Below, one piece after another: positions 58,454 to 64,000 of a stretch of 64,000 bases of DNA. The translations under genes and the position numbers were made by a program. The stretch is from positions 2,046 through 66,045 of the forward strand of contig DYFY01000001.1 in the NCBI GenBank assembly GCA_020724955.1, given 5' to 3'. The stretch is from Candidatus Parvarchaeum sp. (GTDB lineage: Archaea; Nanobdellota; Nanobdellia; Pacearchaeales; GW2011-AR1). The notes under the pieces are model-generated. The model ran no database searches. It worked only from the letters and a program-made list of their open reading frames with translations, and had not been told where the DNA came from. How positions within the stretch are numbered: the first letter of the stretch is position 1; the number at the start of each line of letters is the position of its first letter.

Positions 58454-58834
58454 ATGATCATAGATTCAGATGTATTAATAAATTTTCTTAGAAATGAGCC
58501 ATCGGCTTTGAGGGCGATAGAGTCATTAAATGAGAACAACGAAAAATTGATTACTACTTCAATTAATTCTTTTGAGTTGTTGAAAGGAGTTTCCAGATTT
58601 TCAAAAGTTAAGCAAGAGCAGGTTAGGAGCTTTCTAACAAACTTTGTAGTTTTAGATTTTGATTTTAAATCTTCTGAAAAAGCTGCAGAAATTTTTAACT
58701 TTCTGAAAGAGGCAGGAAACCCTTTAGATATTGCTGATATTATGATTGCTTCAATAGCAATAACCAACAATCAGCCGTTGCTTACCCAGAATAAAAAACA
58801 TTTTGAGAGAATTAATGAATTAAAGTTTGCTTAA
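58454..58834 (+). CDS. VapC PIN toxin
   Basis: IIDSDVLI, FELLKG, DIMIASIA, TQNKKHF. Confidence 0.93.
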   Translation: MIIDSDVLINFLRNEPSALRAIESLNENNEKLITTSINSFELLKGVSRFSKVKQEQVRSFLTNFVVLDFDFKSSEKAAEIFNFLKEAGNPLDIADIMIASIAITNNQPLLTQNKKHFERINELKFA

Positions 58835-58849
58835 CCTTATGAACTTATA

Positions 58850-58920
58850 TGCGATGACGGGGAATCGAACCCCGGTCTGAACGTTGGCAACGTCCTGTTC
58901 TGCCATTAAACTACCATCGC
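58850..58920 (-). tRNA. tRNA-Gly(GCC)
   Basis: GCGATGG/TCATCGC acceptor; GGACG-TT-GCC-AA-CGTTC. Confidence 0.95.
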
Positions 58921-59028
58921 TTATTGGGAACTAAGTTTTCCCCTAAGGCCTATCCTTTAAACTGAGTCTAGCAACCCTGGAGATATTTGAAAATAAAAGA
59001 AGGAGTTATTTAAAATAATCGGTTTCAT

Positions 59029-59188
59029 AGCTTTTGGTATAGATGAGGAAGTAAGGCTAATAAACTCTAGGCAACAAAAAACCAAACTTGAATATTTCAA
59101 ATAATTAATACGTATTAACACGTGAAGGTATTAGATTATCACAGATTTAATGGTTTAATTGCAGTTACTAAAACTTATCAAAGATGCT
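59029..59188. mobile_element. highly degenerate MITE copy
   Basis: Left ATAGATGAGGAAGTAAGGC resembles ATAGACAGGAAATAAAGGC; right GTTTAATTGCAGTTACTAAAACTTATCAAAGATGCT resembles GTTTAATTCTTCAGTTAGAAAAACTCATCGGAGATACT. Confidence 0.55.
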
Positions 59189-59199
59189 TTTCATATCCT

Positions 59200-59694
59200 T
59201 TAATATCCCTTTTCTGCAAGACTTTTTAGATGTTCGGGAGATATTTCTCTTACTTGTCTTATTCCAGAGGTCAGGCTCGGAAAGGTTAATGAATAATAGA
59301 TTGTTCTACCTGATGTTAAGGCCTCTTCTAACCCTGTTCTGGCTTCTATTTCAAAACCAAATTGTCTTCTTCTTAAATCAAATGTTTTTCCTCTGCTTAA
59401 TACTCTGTCTCCTTCTGCATATCTCAAGACAAGAGAGGCTATTTCGCTTTTGTCTCCTTTTTGTTGGGTATAAAGCCCTATTCCTAATCCCTTATTACGG
59501 CTAAGCAGTCTTTCCAAAAAACTTCCTTGTTCTACTTGTATAAGAATCGGAACTTCCCAAGGAGGTTGGTATTTTGTTTGCCATCTGCACATAGTATCTA
59601 CAAGGTTAGAAACCAAAGGAGTTATTGAAACGTCGACTCTATCAGTTCCTTCGTATTCTCTTATTACTGAGGGTCTTGGGATTATTTTTCTCAT
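59200..59694 (-). CDS. hypothetical protein
   Basis: 164-aa ORF with promoter-like upstream region. Confidence 0.6.
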   Translation of the reverse strand: MRKIIPRPSVIREYEGTDRVDVSITPLVSNLVDTMCRWQTKYQPPWEVPILIQVEQGSFLERLLSRNKGLGIGLYTQQKGDKSEIASLVLRYAEGDRVLSRGKTFDLRRRQFGFEIEARTGLEEALTSGRTIYYSLTFPSLTSGIRQVREISPEHLKSLAEKGY

Positions 59695-59899
59695 CTAATT
59701 CTTACTCAAATGCCTTAAACAGATTGTTTTTATACTTTTTTGTTCTTGGTGCTGTATAATGAACGGGTGATAAAACTATAATTACCGACGACAATTAATT
59801 TTTAACTTTACATAACTTTTTTTGCATTTTTAGAAAATTTTTTCTTTTCAGGGATTATTCCTGCTGAAGTTATATAACCGCTTATTCTATCACCTCTTG

Positions 59900-60172
59900 C
59901 TAAAAGATAGCCGAAGTGCTCTCCTTTTGAGAGATTAAAATGTAATCTGTCCCGCTTTTTGTTTCTCTTATTATCTGAAGGTAAGCTATTCCAAAATCCA
60001 AACCTCTTTCAGATGAAAACCTGATAGCTTTATTAAAATCCAACCATCCTATTGGTTTAGGACACGAAACTCTTATTCCTGTTATAACCTCATCTTTTGA
60101 ATCTCTTCCCTTTTCTTCTGCCTGTTTAGAGATTTGTTCTACAACATTTTCCAATAAATCTTCTTGGGGCAT
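59900..60172 (-). CDS. hypothetical protein
   Basis: 90-aa ORF with TTTAAA box upstream. Confidence 0.55.
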   Translation of the reverse strand: MPQEDLLENVVEQISKQAEEKGRDSKDEVITGIRVSCPKPIGWLDFNKAIRFSSERGLDFGIAYLQIIRETKSGTDYILISQKESTSAIF

Positions 60173-60243
60173 GGCCTTTTTCTGAATTTGTGTGTTTAAA
60201 AGTTTTGCGAAGTTTTTTAAACCATTTTTGCTGTTTTGTTAAG

Positions 60244-60314
60244 GGCCCGTTAGGCTAATGGTAGACCGGCTCGTTTACACCGAGCATGCGGAAGTTCGAT
60301 TCTTCCACGGGCCA
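60244..60314 (+). tRNA. tRNA-Val(TAC)
   Basis: GGCCCGT/ACGGGCC acceptor; GCTCG-TT-TAC-AC-CGAGC; GGAAG-TTCGATT-CTTCC. Confidence 0.93.
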
Positions 60315-60320
60315 TTGAAG

Positions 60321-60599
60321 ATGAGCTTAGAGTTGTTGAAAAAAAGGATTGAAGAGAATTTCCCCGAAGATGTTGGAAGAAAGATATGCAGAGAAATAGA
60401 TGAAACTTATTCTGAAAATCTTCTAAAGCTTAATGGAAGTCCATTTTCTCCAGCGTTGGCAGAGAATAAAACTTACAGAACTATAAGTGAGAAATATCCT
60501 CTTCCTGAAATCTCTTCTTCTGAAAAAAGTGCCAGAAGAGCGCCTGAAAGATTACTAAGACACATGATTTACAGGTCAATTTCTTTTTGGCCATTTTAA
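60321..60599 (+). CDS. hypothetical protein
   Basis: ATG just after tRNA-Val (MSLELLKK..). Confidence 0.5.
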   Translation: MSLELLKKRIEENFPEDVGRKICREIDETYSENLLKLNGSPFSPALAENKTYRTISEKYPLPEISSSEKSARRAPERLLRHMIYRSISFWPF

Positions 60600-60749
60600 A
60601 ACAAATCACTACACGACCTAAAATACCCGCAACGATTACATCTGAGTTTGCAGGAAAATTCATGCATTTTGAATCCGCAGACTTCGCAGATTTTGTAATT
60701 GTCTCCCTCTTTCTGATTGTCTATGAATTGCGACTTTAGGATTTTCATT

Positions 60750-61304
60750 TTATATAAAATCAGATATTTTATGTTTTAATTCAAGATAAAGAAGCCAGAC
60801 TACTAAGAGAATGCCGTCCAGAACAGCAGGCGCCAGACTCTGTATTGAATAAGGAAGATAGCCAAATAGATTTATTCCGTAATCTGTGAGAGAGAAGGGA
60901 TAAAGAAAATAAGCCATTTCTCCGAAGAACGCATCAAGAAAAATATGAGCGAAAATTCCTAGGAAAAGCATGAGGAAAATCGTGCTTAATTTCAATTTGT
61001 GTTTTCCTATGTTGCAGAGTCTTGCTTTTGCGTTGATTGGTTTTGTTATTAGAAAAAGCGCCAGGAAAATTATCGGAAAAAACAGAGAGTGCGTGAATGT
61101 TTTATGAATGTCCCAATTATAAGTTCCGGAGAGATTGAGGAAGATAGAAATTATTATATCAATGTCCGGCAGAACTCCGCCTAGTCCGGCGATTAGAGCA
61201 TAATGCAATGGGAAATTTTTTCTTTTTTTCTTGTTTAGAAAGAAGTCTCTGAATATAGAAACTGCCAACATCGGAATAAGTATATGTGCTACTGCCTGCG
61301 GCAT
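60750..61304 (-). CDS. membrane-bound metal-dependent hydrolase (YdjM-like)
   Basis: VAH, LPDID, HKTFTHS, AHIFLD. Confidence 0.88.
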   Translation of the reverse strand: MPQAVAHILIPMLAVSIFRDFFLNKKKRKNFPLHYALIAGLGGVLPDIDIIISIFLNLSGTYNWDIHKTFTHSLFFPIIFLALFLITKPINAKARLCNIGKHKLKLSTIFLMLFLGIFAHIFLDAFFGEMAYFLYPFSLTDYGINLFGYLPYSIQSLAPAVLDGILLVVWLLYLELKHKISDFI

Positions 61305-61350
61305 TTTTCACCTATTTTTGATATATGAGGGAAGGAGTTTATAACTTTAA

Positions 61351-62256
61351 CTAAACATGAATCCCTAGTCTTTCTAAGAAAGGAGCTGTTTGGGTGTTTG
61401 GGTTTAACCCTAACTTGGAAGCACATTTTAAGGTTGCTAATCCAATTGCATGCCACACTGCCCCTAGTTTTGCAGGAGCAGTATGAAATTCTTCCGTAAG
61501 GCTGGCATGTTTATATCCTTCAAGGAGAGCATTTACCAAACTTTGAGGATTATTTTCGAACTGCATATAATCTGAAGGCATGTTTATTTTTGCATAAGTT
61601 CTTCCTAGTTCTTGGATTGAGTGTCCATCATCTCCTACAAATCTAAATAAACCTATATTCTGGTCTCTTAGTCTTTTGTAAAGGTCTTCGGCCCTTGTAT
61701 TTGCATGAGGATAACTTCCGAAAACACTCCATTCTGCTTCTCCGCTAAAAACTTGTACTCCATGAAAGTTTCGAATTAGTTCGGGTCTTTTCTCAAACAA
61801 TTTTCCAGCACCTTTGACATGATAAGGTGCAGCTATTATTCCAATAGCACCATATTCTCTTATTTCTAAAGCTGTCTTCATTAAAGGCTCTCCGTGTTTT
61901 ATCGTCTGCTCTGGCGAGTGCCCTATTGCTAAAACATCGCATCCTTCAAGAGTTGTTACTTCCTGTCCATGTATTGCTAGAACATCCAACTCTGGAACAT
62001 AGATTCCGTTGCCTGTGTTTATGGTATCACATCTTAAATTCCTAACAAACATGTCCCATCTTGGATCTCTTTCTTTTGGAGAATCATATCTTAAAACTCC
62101 GAAAATTCCTCCTGGTCCAAGTCTTTTTTCTGCAACTTGAACTGCCCGATTTGCAGTTCTTTTTGAGATATGGCTTGATGTTCTTAAATGATTATCAAGA
62201 CTGGCTCCTACAATTCTTGACTGCCTTTGAGCGACCATTCCGCTTATGTCAACCAT
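61351..62256 (-). CDS. divergent PHP-domain-like protein
   Basis: LDNHLRT, GQEVTT, IIAAPY, GDDGH correspond to PHP motifs with substitutions. Confidence 0.6.
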   Translation of the reverse strand: MVDISGMVAQRQSRIVGASLDNHLRTSSHISKRTANRAVQVAEKRLGPGGIFGVLRYDSPKERDPRWDMFVRNLRCDTINTGNGIYVPELDVLAIHGQEVTTLEGCDVLAIGHSPEQTIKHGEPLMKTALEIREYGAIGIIAAPYHVKGAGKLFEKRPELIRNFHGVQVFSGEAEWSVFGSYPHANTRAEDLYKRLRDQNIGLFRFVGDDGHSIQELGRTYAKINMPSDYMQFENNPQSLVNALLEGYKHASLTEEFHTAPAKLGAVWHAIGLATLKCASKLGLNPNTQTAPFLERLGIHV

Positions 62257-62292
62257 ATAATTACCGACGATTAAAAGCTTTTAAGCTTTTTG

Positions 62293-62838
62293 CTAATATC
62301 CGACTAATCCCCTTAAAATATAGCCTACGAAGAAGGCTATTACTGCTGCTAAAGCTCCAATTACGAAAGTTTCCATGGATGTCTTAAAATAATGTTTTCC
62401 GACAACTTTTCCCCTTATCCCTCCTACTATTATGAAAGCGAAGGCAGTAAGTATTGCCGAAATGGTTAATTTTGCGCTTGGAGATATTGGAGTGAAAATC
62501 GCCAATACGAATGAGAAAAGCGGGATAAAACCTATGGCTACGAAGGAGATAAATGTCATCAGACCAGTTTTCACCGGATGTTTTGTCTGTCTCCTGTAAA
62601 ACTTAGAGTCTTTGTGATTTAGATGCAGTTCTGCCTGAGATTTCATTGAAAGATAATTAGACAGGGCCATTGAAAATCCGTCAGCAAACAGGTTTGCGAA
62701 GCCGAGTATCAAAATAATTGAGGCGCTCAATGATGCTCCGAGAGAGCCGGCAACAATTGCAAAAGTTGTAACCGCGCCGTCAATTCCTCCATATACAAAT
62801 TCAGGAAGATATTTGTGGCTGAAACCCTCTTTCTCCAT
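62293..62838 (-). CDS. VIT1/CCC1 family Fe/Mn transporter
   Basis: VYGGIDGAVTTFAIVAG..ANLFADGFSMA. Confidence 0.94.
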   Translation of the reverse strand: MEKEGFSHKYLPEFVYGGIDGAVTTFAIVAGSLGASLSASIILILGFANLFADGFSMALSNYLSMKSQAELHLNHKDSKFYRRQTKHPVKTGLMTFISFVAIGFIPLFSFVLAIFTPISPSAKLTISAILTAFAFIIVGGIRGKVVGKHYFKTSMETFVIGALAAVIAFFVGYILRGLVGY

Positions 62839-63047
62839 TACAATATATGCTTGAGGATTTTATAAATATAGGCAGGGAATTGTTAAATCTTCGGTGTCTG
62901 AATGGCTAAAAAAAGCTACTTTTTGGATTTGGCTAATTTTATTAAATCCAGCCGTCTTACTTCTAAATATATTTATTTACTAATAATTACTCGCAATAAA
63001 ACTTTACTTATATATACTTTTTAATACTTATAATTACTGCTAAACCA

Positions 63048-63251
63048 ATGGGAATAGAACAGATAAAGATTATCCTTTCTAAAGGTGAGAGTCAGGAAGT
63101 AGAGTTGAAAGAAACTTTTCATAGCAATCAAGATATTAGTAAAATTATATGTGGGTTATCAAACACTCTTGGAGGAGTTCTCTTATTAGGCGTTTCCAAT
63201 GAAGGAAAAGTATTAGGCATTAAAGAAAATTTATTATTAAGAACCAGATAG
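63048..63251 (+). pseudogene. truncated Schlafen/AlbA_2 domain protein
   Basis: GESQEVELKE..ICGLSNTLGGVLLLGVSNEG..GI; stops after 67 aa. Confidence 0.75.
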
Positions 63252-63354
63252 ATCCAGCTCACTTCTATCCACTAAAGTAGATAGATTTAAGAGATAAAGT
63301 TAACAATGCGCCATAGGCAGTTAGCTTTATATATGATTAAAAACTGGTTTTGAT

Positions 63355-64000
63355 ATGGAAGGGCAGAACAACAAACCTCATAAAACCGATTTAGGCGGAC
63401 AGCTTTCTTCTCCCGATAGATACATACCTCCTGAACAAATGCCTATTGCAAGCGAAGCGATGAAAGAGGCTGAGAAAACAAAGAAAGAGCTTGATGAATT
63501 CAAGAAGAAGCTTGTTAAAAAATTTCCTTTTGCCATGGCTTTAAGCGTTTTGCCTGTAAATTCCTACAAGATATTTGAAGATGATGAGGGGTTTCTTCCT
63601 GAAGAGATTGAGAAAAAACCGACGCACTTGATTTTTATAATTCCTGAAGACCATTTTAAAGATATTCCAAAAAAGATAAAGCCTGAAGTTATAAAGCTGG
63701 TAGGCGAGAGCAAGCAGAATCTTTGGGTGCATATTAAAACCCCAGTGGATGTCTGGAATTACGGGCTTGACAGCAAACCTGAATTTCTTGACGCCATTGG
63801 AGGGAGTTTCCCTTTGCATGACAATGGATTTCTTGGAGCATTGAGAGTGGCAGTCATACATAAAACTCTTGTGCTGAGAAAGTTTGAAAAGTATGTTGCC
63901 AGCTATGTTGTGGGAGGCAGTTTAGTCAGAGGAACTGCCGAAAAAACGAGCGATGTTGATACTTTTGTGATTATTGATGACACTGATGTAAAAAGAATGC
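63355..64000 (+). CDS. nucleotidyltransferase-domain protein (runs off window end)
   Basis: Manual translation MEGQNNKPH...YVVGGSLVRG..TSDVDTFVIIDD (Pol-beta-like GS/DxD). Confidence 0.85.
   Translation, partial: MEGQNNKPHKTDLGGQLSSPDRYIPPEQMPIASEAMKEAEKTKKELDEFKKKLVKKFPFAMALSVLPVNSYKIFEDDEGFLPEEIEKKPTHLIFIIPEDHFKDIPKKIKPEVIKLVGESKQNLWVHIKTPVDVWNYGLDSKPEFLDAIGGSFPLHDNGFLGALRVAVIHKTLVLRKFEKYVASYVVGGSLVRGTAEKTSDVDTFVIIDDTDVKRM

Noticed and set aside
58921-58980. tRNA-like remnant upstream of tRNA-Gly (minus strand GGGTTGCTAGACTCAGTT..)
   Set aside because: Resembles a tRNA 5' end, but no cloverleaf, T-loop or acceptor partner can be built; it may be just promoter or leader.
60258-60320. N-terminal part of ORF 60258-60599
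   Set aside because: Overlaps tRNA-Val; ATG 60321 is the likelier start.
1-64000. CRISPR array, rRNA, reverse transcriptase/DGR, integron integrase
   Set aside because: No regularly spaced repeats, rRNA-like tracts, RT motifs or tyrosine recombinase seen.

Overview
AT-rich, gene-dense archaeal chromosome segment. The gene set (archaeal DnaG, thermosome, TrmB regulators, intron-containing tRNAs, A1-U72 initiator tRNA, many small membrane and orphan proteins) fits a DPANN/Nanobdellota genome, most likely Pacearchaeota/Woesearchaeota-like; this taxonomy is inferred. Housekeeping genes: ileS, serS, rnhB, smc, nfo, dnaG, rpsJ, thermosome. Eight tRNAs are present, two with 37/38 introns. Nucleotide and folate genes are unusually numerous: purA, guaB-like, purN-like, folC, glyA, thyX, tmk-NUDIX fusion, MazG-like dUTPase. 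Accessory DNA: an IS6/IS1-like transposase, a dispersed ~183-bp MITE family, a 1.25-kb HD-hydrolase islet at tRNA-Ser(GGA), a decayed defence island after tRNA-Asp, two PIN toxin modules and a Fic gene. Most striking: (1) a condensin-type SMC with a central CPLC zinc hook and no recognisable hinge; (2) a Fic gene bracketed by two 43-bp GGGCAC-N21-GTGCCC palindromic sites; (3) MITE copies lying just upstream of TATA boxes; (4) a non-canonical initiator tRNA. No CRISPR array, rRNA or reverse transcriptase was seen. All calls come from reading motifs by eye; no database searches were run.
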